Part shown: positions 13,416-25,667 of the stretch, piece by piece | Layout: each line of letters opens with the position of its first letter | How positions within the stretch are numbered: position 1 is the stretch's first letter | Assembly: GCA_035221665.1 (NCBI GenBank) | Contig: CM069159.1 | Location: 32,364,001 to 32,428,000 of the forward strand | Direction of reading: 5' to 3' | Origin: Okamejei kenojei | Taxonomy: Eukaryota | Length of the DNA: 64,000 nucleotides | Position numbers and translations under genes: made by a program | Notes under the pieces: generated by a model | Told to the model about the DNA's origin: nothing | What the model saw: the letters and a program-made list of their open reading frames with translations, nothing else | The model's database searches: none

Positions 13416-15704
13416 AATGAACGGAACTAAATATATAACAGGAGGAAGAGAGAAAACCGGGAACTGCAGACCATTAGCGCGACATAATTGGGAAGGGAAA
13501 ATAAAACGTTCAGAGGGTATTAACTGGATTAGACAAAGTCAGAGTGGATTTATGAAAGATGTAGAGTGTGTTTTAATTTTGATAGACTAGGAAATGTTGC
13601 GGTACAAAGAGACCTGGCTGTCCTTGTACGCCAGTCACAGAAAGCCAGCACGCAGGAGGAGAAGGCAAGAAGAGGTCAATGAGTACGTTTGCCATCATTG
13701 CCAAATGTTGTGAGGCGAAGGGCAAGAATGACGAAGGACAATTTGGAGAAGCTAATTAACCGACAAACTGGAGCACCCGGAGAAAACCCACGTGGTCACA
13801 GGAAGAACGTACAAACTCCTTGCAGACAGCACAAGTGGTCACGATCGAACCCGGGTCTCTGGCGCTATACCACCCTGCCACCATTTGGTACGCTTTGTTT
13901 CTATTCACTGATTTTAAAATGTAGCAAAATAGTTTAAAAGAGGTACCTTCATAACCCTAGCTTTATTTTTACAAATGAAATTTCAAATATTAATAGAGAT
14001 CTGCTTTTCTTTGTAGCCCTTTCTCATGAACACAAGGGCATGTGTTTTTTTTTTATCATTTGCAAAATTGTTGCCAGTATTGATTTTAGTGCAGTTGCAT
14101 GTTATATTGACCATGATGTAAGAGTTTGTATTGGAACCGTTCCCTCGATCTCGTGCTTGGAAGGGTTGAGGATCAGGGACACGTGGCTGAAGACATTTTG
14201 GTGGGTGTAAGGTCCAGCAGTGGGGAGAAGTCAATTGCAAGGCAGAAACAAGGTGGAGGCCGGCACACAACGCAAAATCCAGAAACCTCAGGAGCACATA
14301 TGTCAGCCTGGAATCACGGAGGGACCAGTGTTTGGCTGAAAATCCTGCTAAACCTCTTTGTCAGTCACACCCACAGGAGACAAAGATCACGGTGAATAGA
14401 AGTTAGCATTTGAGCAGGAAGCAGAGAGAAAGGGAGCGGGTTTATGTTATAGGTAGACAGAAATGCTGGAGAAACTCAGCGGGTGAGGCAGCATCTATGG
14501 AGCGAAGGAAATGGGCAACGTTTCGGGTCGAAACCCTTCTTCAGACTTTGACCCAAAATGTTGCCTATTTCCTTCGCTCCACCTCACCCGCTGAGTTTCT
14601 CCAGCATTTTTGTCTACCTTTGATTTTCCAGCATCTGCAGTTAAACCTTAAACAAGGGTTTATGTTATAGTCCAGTGTTTAGAAATTGGACTATAATTCT
14701 TGGTGGGCAGAAAGTTTCTATTGACATTTGCCTCAGCAGCATTCTGCAGCACCCGGTATGTTCTTTACACTAATAATGGTGATTTTATTGAATGGGACCA
14801 ACCACTGGTTTCACATGGGTTCTATGAAGATGACTCCTGGGGTGATGTGGAAGATGGGAATATTTGCCAGTTCAGTTCCACACAAACACTGCATCCTTAA
14901 ATTAGATTATTGGTGATGATAGAATTCAATTACTGGCCTTCAGTGAAGCAAGGTGATGTCTCCTCTGTCACATCCAGTAAATCCAGGACCTTGGTTTGGG
15001 GCCAGACTACATTCAATATCCAATCATCCCTTGAATTGTGTCCCTTTCATCAGTTGGCCAAACGAAGAACGAAGGCAACAGAGAGATGGGGAGGATCCCA
15101 CCTTGTCAACTCTTGATGGCTGCCAGTAAGGATAAGTATAGATGGGTCTGGAAAAGATCAGTACTGGAGCAAGAAACCTTGGTTGGGTTGATTTTTAAGT
15201 AATTGAGGAGTGAGGGCTGGCGAATGAGGTTGAGATTCACAAGCGCTGATGTGACCCAGTCAGATCCATTGATGGAAAAATCAAATGAGATGCTCTCAGT
15301 TGTGCTCCAGCACCCACCTTACTAACGCTCATTTCCCAACATGCAGGTGAGACCATAGACTCTTTGAGGGTCTTTCAAGGGGAATGTCTCGTCAGAGAGG
15401 ATGATGGCATTAGTTGTGAACTAGAGTATGGAGACTGGAGATGTGGCAACAGTTGTACTCAAGTCTAGGAATGGATCTTAGGTGTATCCGAGTACTGGAA
15501 CATTCAAGATAAAATTGAGACACAGAATGACCACCTCACTGCTACAAACGTGCTTTGACCTGTTGTGTGTGTGTTCCACAAGCCCAGAGATTAGAACATG
15601 ACCAGGTATTTTACAAAGTAGGGTTTAGTCAAAATTGACATTTATTCCTTGCTTACATTACTTGGCAAATTGTAAAATCAGGTGGGGGAATTCAACTGTG
15701 TAGG

Positions 15705-15920
15705 AAGGAACTGCAGATGCTGGTTTAAACCAAAGATAGACAAAAAAAAGCTGGAGTAAGTCAGCGGGTCAGACAGCATCTCTGGTGAGAAGGAATGGGT
15801 GACGTTTCGGGTCAAGACCTTTCTTCAGACTGAAGAAGGGTCTCGATCCGAAACGTCACCTATTCCTTTTTTTCCCAGATACGCTGCCTGAGCCGCTGAG
15901 TTACGCCAACTTTTTGTGTC
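15705..15920. mobile_element. Inverted Penelope-like repeat pair with hammerhead cores on both strands
   Basis: CTGAAGA-agggtctcgatcc-GAAA-cgtc at 15830-15857 and mirror core on the minus strand at ~15801-15830. Confidence 0.6.
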
Positions 15921-15960
15921 AATTTCCAGCCAATATTTGCTGGACACAAACACTGAAAGA

Positions 15961-16115
15961 TGTTTATCCTTGACTCCAGCCTGACGCACGTTAGGAAAGA
16001 TGGAATTTGCACTGGTTGGCCATCTCTTATCAGATGTGGGAGATAATGTCCAGCTATTAAACAGCTGGGATCTGAGCCCCACACACAAGACCAACAGAGA
16101 GTCAATAGCAAGCAG
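15961..16115 (+). promoter_or_regulatory. Putative promoter plus non-coding exon 1 of small apo-like gene copy 1
   Basis: FoxA-like TGTTTAT (15961), CRE-like TGACGCA (15982), paired GATA sites (cttatca 16026, agataa 16041), TATTAAA (16055), strong donor cag|gtaaga at 16115; conserved upstream of all three copies. Confidence 0.6.
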
Positions 16116-16677
16116 GTAAGAGGGATTTTTTCTACTTCAGGCCGCACGGGAACGAAGACTGGTAAAGTAGGAACTTTTTGATATTTCTGATATTCAGGAT
16201 ATTTCTCAAACTGAGTGCACTGGGTGTCACCAGGTCACATTGACTGGGGCACACTGGGACCAGTCCCAGCCAAGGTCGAGTCGGTTAGACCAAGTGGGTG
16301 CAATGATAAGGACTCTTCTAACATCGTCAACACCTCTGAGAAAGATAGAGAACACACAGAGGTTTTCCATTCCTGGCTGTTGTAAAGATCCCGAGGTCTG
16401 AATGTGATAAGTTTGCAGATCCTGAAGCTAATGGTGAGGACACTGCGAAGGCACAGTGGCACAGCGACTGCCTTTCAGCCCCCGACGTGTAAGGTTGTAT
16501 GTTAACCCTAATGTTTGGGTGATTGTAGGGATCAGGTGACTACTGGTGTACCTGTCCTGTATGGAGTTTTGTACGCTTCTCCCTGTGACTAATGATGAAG
16601 GACGTAGGAAGTAGGAAGATTTTTCAAAGCTTCAATGTGTTGAGAATCAATATTGGATAAGTTAAAAGATGAGTGGT

Positions 16678-18215
16678 GAACTCTGGTGCATTCAAAGAAA
16701 CAGAACTACCAGACTTGCGAATCAACTATAACATCAATACCTAAAAAGGGCAAAGGTCTAGAGGCTCCGGTAGAGCCATTGCATTATTAAATACAATCAG
16801 CAAAAACATTAGCAAGAAGATTAAGTTACGGTAAATAAACCCGATGTCGACATTCATCTAATAATTTGTTTTTTTAACATAATGTAAGACAGAAAAAGAA
16901 GACATCGATTATTTCATTGGATGCAGAAAAGCATTCGATCAAGTGAAATGGGAATATTCTTTTTAAAGTATTACAAAAAAGATGATAATTTTTTTATGGG
17001 TCCCCGAAATTTCAAATTCCAGGGCAATGATGTGTGCCCTTGGTGATAGAGCTTTAGCGTTAGCAGAAAATATAAGAATTCCACGGACTACAATTGATGG
17101 ATGTACTATTATACACTAGAGAGGTTTATGGTTCCTTCTCAGGATATAGAATATAAATTGAATAAAAGTAATTTGCCAACACATCTTTTAAAATACCCAT
17201 TGCTACAGATAGGACTAGAAAATATAATTCTTTATTTAATGCAAAATTATCTGCCATTACTTACTACAAGCGTCGATATTTTCTGTACCGATGTCCTAAC
17301 AGGCTGCCATTTAAATGAATTTTTCTTCCCACAAATTCTGTTCTTATTTCAATCAATATACATACCTAAAATCTCAAAAAACTTGACGTATTTTACAAAT
17401 TTCGCATGGGACTATAAATCAAATAGAATAAAAAAAAACATTCATGTAAAAACCCATGTACTTCCCTGGGCAGTGAACATTAAATAAAATGTTGTTAGAA
17501 GTACTCCTTTTAACATAGGAATGACCCTTCCTCAATAAAAATGAAAAAACTAAGAGAAACCGATGATCCACAGCACTATATGAATCTGGAGGCTATCGCT
17601 TCTTTCAATAAGCCATCCTATTGACAAAAACTCCTACCTACCATTTAATACAATTTGAAAGTAACTAATATTTTAGAATTTGCAAAAAGATGAAAAAATA
17701 TTCACAAGATTATCTGACGTTGGATTGAATAGACAGCTAGAATTGGTAAATTTACCTTCTACCAAGAATGGCTATAGAAATCCCTAAGGACTCACCTGTA
17801 ACACCCCCGATTCAATTTAAAATACATAGGTATCTCTGTTCCTCAGTTCAACTACCCTTGGAAATGAGACTTGTTCTAGCAGGGCACAATTCTTTAAGAT
17901 ATGATCGTTCTTTCATTGATTTATTACGCAACATAACCCTTGGAAAGTAACTTGGTGGGGGGTGCTAACGTTACGAATTTGGCCACATTACCTTTCTTTT
18001 CTGTTTAGTTCTATCTTTTTTGCAATTTCTTCTGATGATTTTCGGGGAAAGTCTTATTTATCTAATTGTCAATCAAAGGCTGGCCTACCATCACTACTAT
18101 CCTCAAGTTTTAACCAAAAAAAAAAGTTGTACATGAAAGTATTATGTTATATATGATTATTAGGAATTGCTTTTAATAAAAATATTTAAAAAATATAATA
18201 AAAAAAAATTATATT
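16678..18215 (+). mobile_element. Degraded/collapsed L1-like LINE fragment in intron 1 of copy 1
   Basis: RT motif remnant gatgcagaaaagcattcgatcaagtgaaatgg (DAEKAFD.V.W), A-rich tail at 18175-18210; absent at the orthologous site in copy 3 (~46970-47010). Confidence 0.7.
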
Positions 18216-19660
18216 ATTGAACCCAAGGAAGGGAAAAAATGGGTTTTGTCTTCAAATTACTCGCGCTTGACTCTCCAGAAATAAACTTCAAGATTTAAAT
18301 CTCAACCTTTTTGGTAATGAATTGTGTGCTCAGTGAACGGTAATGTTTCTATCTGTTGATTTCTGCAGCCTTTACAGAGAGTTGGGGACCTGACACATCA
18401 TGAAGATATTCACTGTTGCTTTGGTGCTCTTGCTGGTTACAGGTACAGAAGACAAACTCTTCAAACTAACCGAAACACAATCATGAAAATGCACACGGAA
18501 AAATGTGAACGTACTAAATCGCCAGTATTGATTGCCCTCATTGACTTTCAATTTGTAGCATCTATTGATGAAGGGAGCAGTTTAGATTAGTTTAGAGATA
18601 CAGCGCGGAAACAGGGCCTTCAGCCCACCTTGTCCGCACCGACCAGCGATCCCCGCACATTAATACTATCCTACATACATCAGGGACAATTTTACATTGG
18701 TACCAAGCCAATTAACAATTGGTGGCACATCAAGGTGAGGGGGGCAGGTAACTGCTCATCTGATGGTGAGAGAGAGATCAAGTATTGCCTGAGCAACAGG
18801 AAGAACTACCTTGTTTTTTTCAAAACCTCCTTGGTCTTCTTCACAACCTCCTTGTTCTTCTTCAGAACAGGGGCAAGAGACCTTCCGTACCCACCTGAAG
18901 ACACAAGGTTTTTCTTCTCTTCCAAAAGACTATAGTAATGTTTCTCCTGGAGCCTGGATTCTCAGTGTCTGCTGGGACCACCTTTGAGGGATTTGGGAAA
19001 GGTGTTCAGAACATTTCCAAGTGATCTGGAAACTTGTTGCTTTCTTTGTTGCCATACTTCCCGCACCGAGGCCCATAGTAAGGCCAAGGATATTTGTTTT
19101 TATATTTGGGATCAAACATTTCAGCTTACTTAAGTTGCATAGCAGCAGAGTGCTAAGACTTTTCAAGGTTTCAGATTCATTGAATTTACTTGTTTAAATG
19201 GTTTGGTTTAAATGTTTGATCGACATCCTTGGCCTTATTTGGAGTTTCTGGTTAAACTATTGCCGGGAGGTGAAATTTACGCAAGCCGGGAGGAAGGGCG
19301 ATCTCTCGACGAAAAGCGGCAGAGTTGGAGTCACTGCACTTGTCGAGACGAGAGGTGGCGCTGTAGCCGTGGCAGCGCGAGAGTTTCCCGTTACATGCAC
19401 GCGGAGCTGTGACATGATTTCCCGACATAGTAAAAATGCTATTACAAAATGTGTCATAAAAGTGATGTCTCGGTGACAAATTGTCACGTTGGCTCTTCGA
19501 CCAATCGCTGGAGGATAAATGTTTGATCCCGAATATAATAAATGCTATTTACAAAATGTCGTCACTTTGTTCAGTACATCTCCGTGCAACATTCTAAAAA
19601 GTATGAAATTATATCAATCAGTGAGCTCTCTCCGATAAACCTTGTTGCCATTTGGTCGAA

Positions 19661-19975
19661 TAATAGACAATAGACAATAGGTGCAGGAGTAGGCTGCTCG
19701 GCCCTTCAAGCCAGCACCGCCATTCAATGTGATCCTGGCTGATCATCCATACTCAGTACCCCGTTCCTGCTTCTCCCCATATCCCCTGACTACGCTATCT
19801 TCAAGAGCCCTATCTAGCTCTCCCTTGAAAGTTTCCAGAGAACCGGCCTGCACCGCCCTCTGAGGCAGAGAATTCTACAGACTCACAACTCTCTGTGTGA
19901 AAAAGTGTTTCCTCATCTCAGTTCTAAATGGCTTACCCCTTATTTTTAAACGGTGGCCCCTGGTTCTGGACTCTA
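19661..19975 (-). mobile_element. CR1-type LINE 3' end
   Basis: (aatagac)n tail and CR1 3' UTR; same insertion in copies 2 (38706-39020) and 3 (48013-48325). Confidence 0.8.
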
Positions 19976-20504
19976 TCACAATATGACCTGATCACAAATG
20001 TTGTTTAATAGCACATTTTCTTAAAGGTTTTTGTGAGGTTGGATGTGGAGAAACTAAGGCCAAGGATGAGAGTTCAAAAATAAGGGGTTGCACAAGATAC
20101 AAGTTACAAGATACATTTACTTGTCACATGTGCCAGATGGCACAGTGAATTGAATCACCATACAGCCATACACTAAAATAAAGAACACAACACAAGATAG
20201 ATTTAAACATAAACCATGACTGTGATTAGCATCCGACGTCGGGCTGGAGGACAACCTGCTGGACCTGCCAACGGCCGCTTTCCGCAACTTATTCCGCGGG
20301 TGTTGTTGATGTCAATCCGGGCCCAATCCGAGCTTAGGCATCGCCCGCACCGGGTGAAAGTTGTACAACTCTGGTTTTCCCCGAGGTGAGGCTGGTAGGC
20401 CGGAGGTGGGGGCGAGGGGAGTCGCGCCCGCCGCCAGGAAGCGATCTAAGGCCTAAATAAAAAAAGAAGTGAAGGATGAGTTTCAAAGCGCCCTGTGGCA
20501 AGTG

Positions 20505-20912
20505 AAGGTTGTCCAGTGAAGCCAGAGAGTGGAATGAAATGGAAGTTTACAAAATCATGAGAGGAATAGATCGGGTAGATGCACAGTCTCTTGCACAGAG
20601 TAGGGCAATCGAGGACCAGAGGACATAGGTTCAAGGTGAAGGGGAAAAGATTTAATAGGAATCCAAGGAGTAACTTTTTCACACAAAGGATGGTGGGTGT
20701 ACGGAACAAGCTGTCGGAGGAGGTAGTAGAGGCTGGGACTATCCCATCGTTTAAAAGACAGTTGGACAGGTACATGGATAGGACAGGTTTGGAGGGATAG
20801 GGACCAAGCACAGGTAAGTGGGACGAGTGTAGCTGGGACATTGTTGGCCGGTATGGGCAAGTTGGGCCGAAGGGCCTGTTTCCACACTGTATCACACTAT
20901 GACTCTATGACT
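20505..20912 (+). mobile_element. CR1-type LINE 3' fragment
   Basis: TRGHRFKV...FFTQRMVG C-terminal ORF2 motif and (tatgactc)n tail; paralog at 39160-39566. Confidence 0.8.
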
Positions 20913-21268
20913 CCAGGAGGAGCGATATCTTCTCTCAGTGCCCTGAGTCACACTTGCGCAAAGGATGATGGGTATTTAGAGTTATTGAGTATTTTTAAGG
21001 TAACAATTCCTGCATAAAAGTTGTGAAAAGTTATCTAGGAGGCTGTGAAGGCTTTGGAGAAGGTGCAGAAGAGGTTTAACAGAAGACGGACACAAAATGC
21101 TGGAGTAACTCAGCGGGTGAGGCAGCTTCTGTGAGAAGGAATTGGCGACGTTTTGGGTCGAGGCCCATCCTGGATTAGAGAGTAATCTAATGAGGAGAGT
21201 TTGGACAAACATGGATTGGTTTCTCTGGATCTACGGAGACTGAGGGGAGCTGATAAAATTATATCAAA

Positions 21269-22252
21269 CTAGATCAAGTGGGACCCATTGGGTCTCGTTC
21301 CCCTCAATGCTTGGGGGGGGGGNNNNNNNNNNNNNNNNNNNNNNNNNNNNNNNNNNNNNNNNNNNNNNNNNNNNNNNNNNNNNNNNNNNNNNNNNNNNNN
21401 NNNNNNNNNNNNNNNNNNNNNNNNNNNNNNNNNNNNNNNNNNNNNNNNNNNNNNNNNNNNNNNNNNNNNNNNNNNNNNNNNNNNNNNNNNNNNNNNNNNN
21501 NNNNNNNNNNNNNNNNNNNNNNNNNNNNNNNNNNNNNNNNNNNNNNNNNNNNNNNNNNNNNNNNNNNNNNNNNNNNNNNNNNNNNNNNNNNNNNNNNNNN
21601 NNNNNNNNNNNNNNNNNNACACTNNNNNNNNNNNNNNNNNNNNNNNNNNNNNNNNNNNNNNNNNNNNNNNNNNNNNNNNNNNNNNNNNNNNNNNNNNNNN
21701 NNNNNNNNNNNNNNNNNNNNNNNNNNNNNNNNNNNNNNNNNNNNNNNNNNNNNNACACAAACACCCCCCTAACCACACACACNNNNNNNNNNNNNNNNNN
21801 NNNNNNNNNNNNNNNNNNNNNNNNNNNNNNNNNNNNNNNNNNNNNNNNNNNNNNNNNNNNNNNNNNNNNNNNNNNNNNNNNNNNNNNNNNNNNNNNNNNN
21901 NNNNNNNNNNNNNNNNNNNNNNNNNNNNNNNNNNNNNNNNNNNNNNNNNNNNNNNNNNNNNNNNNNNNNNNNNNNNNNNNNNNNNNCACACACAACACAC
22001 ACTAACCCCCCTACCACACGCACACACACACACTACACACACACCACCACCCCCCCCACACGCAGACACACACACTAACCATCCCCCCACACACACACAC
22101 ACACGCACACACACACCACCCCCCTCCACATACACACGCACACACACAGACCACTCCCCCACGCACACACACACTAACCAACACACAAACCACACACACA
22201 CACACACACACACACTAACCACTCCCCCCCCACCACACACACACACACACAC
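21269..22252 (-). repeat. (CA)n/cacactaaccac minisatellite with assembly gaps, bounded by a Helitron-like 3' end
   Basis: CTAG at 21269 next to the hairpin gacccattgggtc; N runs; CA-rich repeats. Confidence 0.7.
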
Positions 22253-22778
22253 AGGAGGGGCAAAGATTAAAGGGGCAAGGTCTTTACACAGAGTGGTGTG
22301 TGTCTGCAATGCACTGCCAAGGGTGATTGTGGGAGATATTATTATAATTATTGTTATTATTATTGATATGATAATGATGTTTAAGAGGCTTTTAGGCACA
22401 TGAACAAATGTGCAGGAACCGCAGGGATAGGCAGAGGAGATTAGTTGAACTTGGCATCCTGTTCAAAGCACACATTTTGGTACACGTGACAATGAACTAA
22501 ACTGAACTGAACTGGGGAACCGCAGGCTGTGGCAAGACTATTTTGGGGCCCTATCATGTGCAAATTATGACCACTATTTAAACAAAGAGTGCACTTCAAA
22601 AATATTCTATTTATTGATTTTCAAGTTCCTTGGGATATCCTACAGCTGTGAAAGATGATAACGATATACATTGCTTAATGTATAAGAAGTGACTTTCAGG
22701 GTCAAATTGTTAGAGGAATTCAGACTGGTTGAGAATCAAGAAGGGTTTGTATAGAGCCTAAACACTGGTTTGAATGGG

Positions 22779-23085
22779 CGGCACGGTGGCGCAGCAGTAG
22801 AGTTGCTGCTTTACAGCACCAGAGACCCAGGTTCGATCCTGACTACGGATCCTGTACGTACTTTGTACGTGCTCCCCGTGACCTGCGTGGGTTGTCTCTG
22901 GGTGCTCTGGTTTCATCCCACATTCCAAAAACGTACAGGTCTTTGTCTTTTTATTTAAGATGCTTGGTCGATTTAATTGCAAATCGTCCCTAGTGGGTGG
23001 GGGATAGTATTAGTGTACTGGGATCGCTGGGTAGCGCGGTGGGCCGAAGGGCCTGTTTCCATGCTGTATAACTCAACTAAACTAA
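22779..23085 (+). mobile_element. tRNA-derived SINE in the last intron
   Basis: ggcacggtggcgcagcagtagag...ggttcgatcc head and actaa tail; also at 42048-42354 and 49168-49475. Confidence 0.8.
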
Positions 23086-24160
23086 GGCGTGCTCGTGTGT
23101 CCTTTCTTAATGCTTACCTCATTGTATTTTAACCCTCTGAAGAAGGAAGCTGACAAGGCGTGACAACCTGGCATTGATTGGAGAGCTTTCGATTGATGCG
23201 TGATACTGCTTTAAGCTTTGGCACAAGAACTGAAGCAAGAGTTCTACATTGCTCAATACATTAGTAACAAGCTTGATATGCTCCAATCGATATTAACTAC
23301 TGTTGGTGAAGACCTGCATGAAGAACTTGGCAGTGAAGCCTACGCCAAAATACATGATCAGCTGGTGTCAATCCACAAAAACATTAAACAGTACCGCCAC
23401 CAGAATGAGACCCGGCACCACCACCTTTAACCACACAATCGCGGGCAACACCGAGAAAATTGAAGAATGGCCGAGGAGAGATGCTCTTTACGGAGACCCT
23501 ACGAGAAATATACGAGCTGCTGTTGTTGATGAACTGTTTCTCCACACGGTTTGCTGCCGTCTTTAATGTAGCAAACTGAATTGCTGATTTGATTTGAATT
23601 TCAATTTTTATAAAGTATATTTGGTTATAAAGGGCAATGAAATTCTTATGTTCAGGAAGGAACTGCAGATGCTGGTTTACACCGAAGGTAGACACAAAAA
23701 GCTGGAGTAACTCAGCGGGTCAGGCAACATCTCTGGAGAGCAGGGATGGGGGACGTTTTGGGTTGAGACCCTTCTTCAGACATTATGCCTTGTAGAACTT
23801 TATTTTAATTGAAAATTACTATTAAACAATGCGTCTTTGATCTAAATCTCTCTGTATTGTCTTTTCCATATTTCATCAATTCAAAATTAATTTTCATTAA
23901 AAATGTTACTAATGATGGTTCAGCTTCGACTGCGGGTGGGAGATTGCGACCTTCACGTGGTCCGCCCTGTTTCAACTACTGCAATCAACTCGACGTGCAC
24001 AAACAAGATCAAATAGAACAAGTTGACCTACAACTTTAGGCTGTGCTCGCCATACGCAAGGAGAAGATCCTACTGCGATCTAGGTGCAATTCCCAATTTA
24101 GTTCACGCCTGATAAAAATGTTTTGAAGGTGGATTTGCTTTCAGATCTCCCTAGTTTGTG

Positions 24161-24900
24161 CGGCACGGTGGTGTAGCGGTAGAGTTGCTGCCTTACCGCA
24201 CTGGCAGCGCCAGAGACTGGGTTCGATCCCGAGCTGTCTGCACGGAGTTTGCATGTTTGCCCCGTGACCGCATGGGATTTCCGTGAGATCTTTGCTTTCC
24301 TCCCCCACTCCAAAGTACAGGTTTGTAGGTTAATTGGCTTGGGAGAATTGTAAATTGGCCCTAGTGTGTGTAGGATGGTGTTAATGTGCGGGGATCGCTG
24401 GTCATAGTGGACAGGGTGGGCGGAAGGGCCTGTTTATACGCTGTACCTCTAATCGAAACTAAACTAATCTATTCAGACTGCTGCTGAGCTGGGTAAACCT
24501 GTACGTCTTTGGAGTGTGGGAAGCAACCGAAGATCTCGGAGAAAACCCACCCAATTCACGGGGAGAAGATACAAACTCCGTACAGACAGCACCCGCAGTC
24601 AGGATTGAACCCTGGTCTCTGCCGCTGCAAGCGCTGTAAGGCAGCAACTCTACCCCAGTGCCACCGTGTGGACTGTCAGCAAGGAGTCTGTACATTTTCC
24701 CTGTGACCGTGTGGGTTTTCTCCGGGTGCTCTGGTTTCATCCCACACTCCAAAGACGTTCAGGTTTGTGGGCTAATTGGCTTTGGTAAAATTGTCCCTCG
24801 TATGTGTAGGATAGTGTTAGTGTGGGGGGTCACTGGTCGGCACGGACTCGGTGGGCTGAAGGGCCTAATACAGCGCTGTATCTCTAAACGAAAAACTAAA
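24161..24900. mobile_element. Cluster of SINE copies in both orientations
   Basis: SINE heads/cores at 24161(+), 24493-24668(-) and 24669-24900(+); repeated downstream of each gene copy. Confidence 0.7.
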
Positions 24901-25220
24901 AAGGTTTTAGTCGAGACCCTTCTTCAGATTGAAAAAAAAGTCACGTTGACAAAAAATACGACAGAACATTTCCTGCTCTTGAAATTGAAATTTTACTTTA
25001 GTTTATTGATGTCACGTGTACCAAGGTAAGGTTACAGTGAAAAGCTTTGTACAAGACTTCATGTACAAGCAACTTTTGGATCAGTTGTGAACTAGAGTCT
25101 GGAGATTGGAGGTGTGGCAACAGTTGTACTCAAGTCTAGGAATGGATCTAAGGTGTATCTGAGTCCTGGAACGTTCAAGATAAAATTGAGACACAGAATG
25201 ACCATCTCACTGTTACAAAT

Positions 25221-25391
25221 GAGGAGAAGTTCCGGGAGGGCTTGAAAGAGTTCAAAGCTAAAGTCCTTCAGTACAATGAAGGTCTCCACAACAAAGTCAG
25301 CCATAACGTTGAAGAGTACTGTATCACACTAGGTTCTCTAGCTGACGATCAGAAGGAGAATGCCAAAGGATTCCAGCAAAAGTTGACCCCG
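25221..25391 (+). pseudogene. Duplicated internal fragment of the ApoA-IV-like last exon
   Basis: EEKFREGLKEFKAKVLQYNEGLHNKVSHNVEEYCITLGSLADDQKENAKGFQQKLTP, near-identical to 11856-12026; no acceptor or upstream exons. Confidence 0.9.
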
Positions 25392-25667
25392 TACATAGGG
25401 GGCGCCGTCCTGTATGGTATGGCTGCCCAGCCTTCAGCTGTTTGTTTTTCACACTTTTCTTTATTTTTAGTGAGTTAAATTGTTTTGTTTGGAATCTATT
25501 CTTTTTTATGTGGGGGGTGGGGTGGGGGGGGGAAGGGGGGAAACTACTTTTCCTGGTCCCTACCTGGTCGGAGAGGCAGCTTTTCTCCGGGATGCACTTT
25601 CGACCCGTCCTCGCGGCCTACCAGCAGGCCTGGAGCGACATTTCCTGAGGAGACCGCCCAACAGCAA

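Larger units (their letters stand above)
18400..23430 (+). pseudogene. Small apolipoprotein-like gene, copy 1 (disrupted or mis-assembled)
   Basis: Intact signal exon 18400-18442 (MKIFTVALVLLLVTG); exon 3 reduced to fragments at ~18935-19017 without splice sites; last exon 23143-23430 frameshifted before ...QELKQEFYIAQY...RHHHL*. Confidence 0.75.
11856..25220 (+). repeat. Segmental duplication unit A (partial apoA4-like exon, spacer, small apo-like gene copy 1)
   Basis: Colinear near-identity with 25221-~45010 (e.g. 12519-13430 = 26610-27520; 13440-16490 = 33930-37200; 22250-25087 = 41515-44875). Confidence 0.85.

Noticed and set aside
21264-22403. Long ORFs of 160-370 aa (also 39.9-41.7 kb and 48.4-49.0 kb)
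   Set aside because: Artefacts of N gaps and CA/GA microsatellites
22779-22850. tRNA gene-like sequence
   Set aside because: It is the tRNA-derived head of a SINE, followed by the SINE core and tail
23303-23566. 87-aa overlapping ORF conserved in all three copies
   Set aside because: Alternative frame of the last exon/3' UTR; conservation is explained by recent duplication
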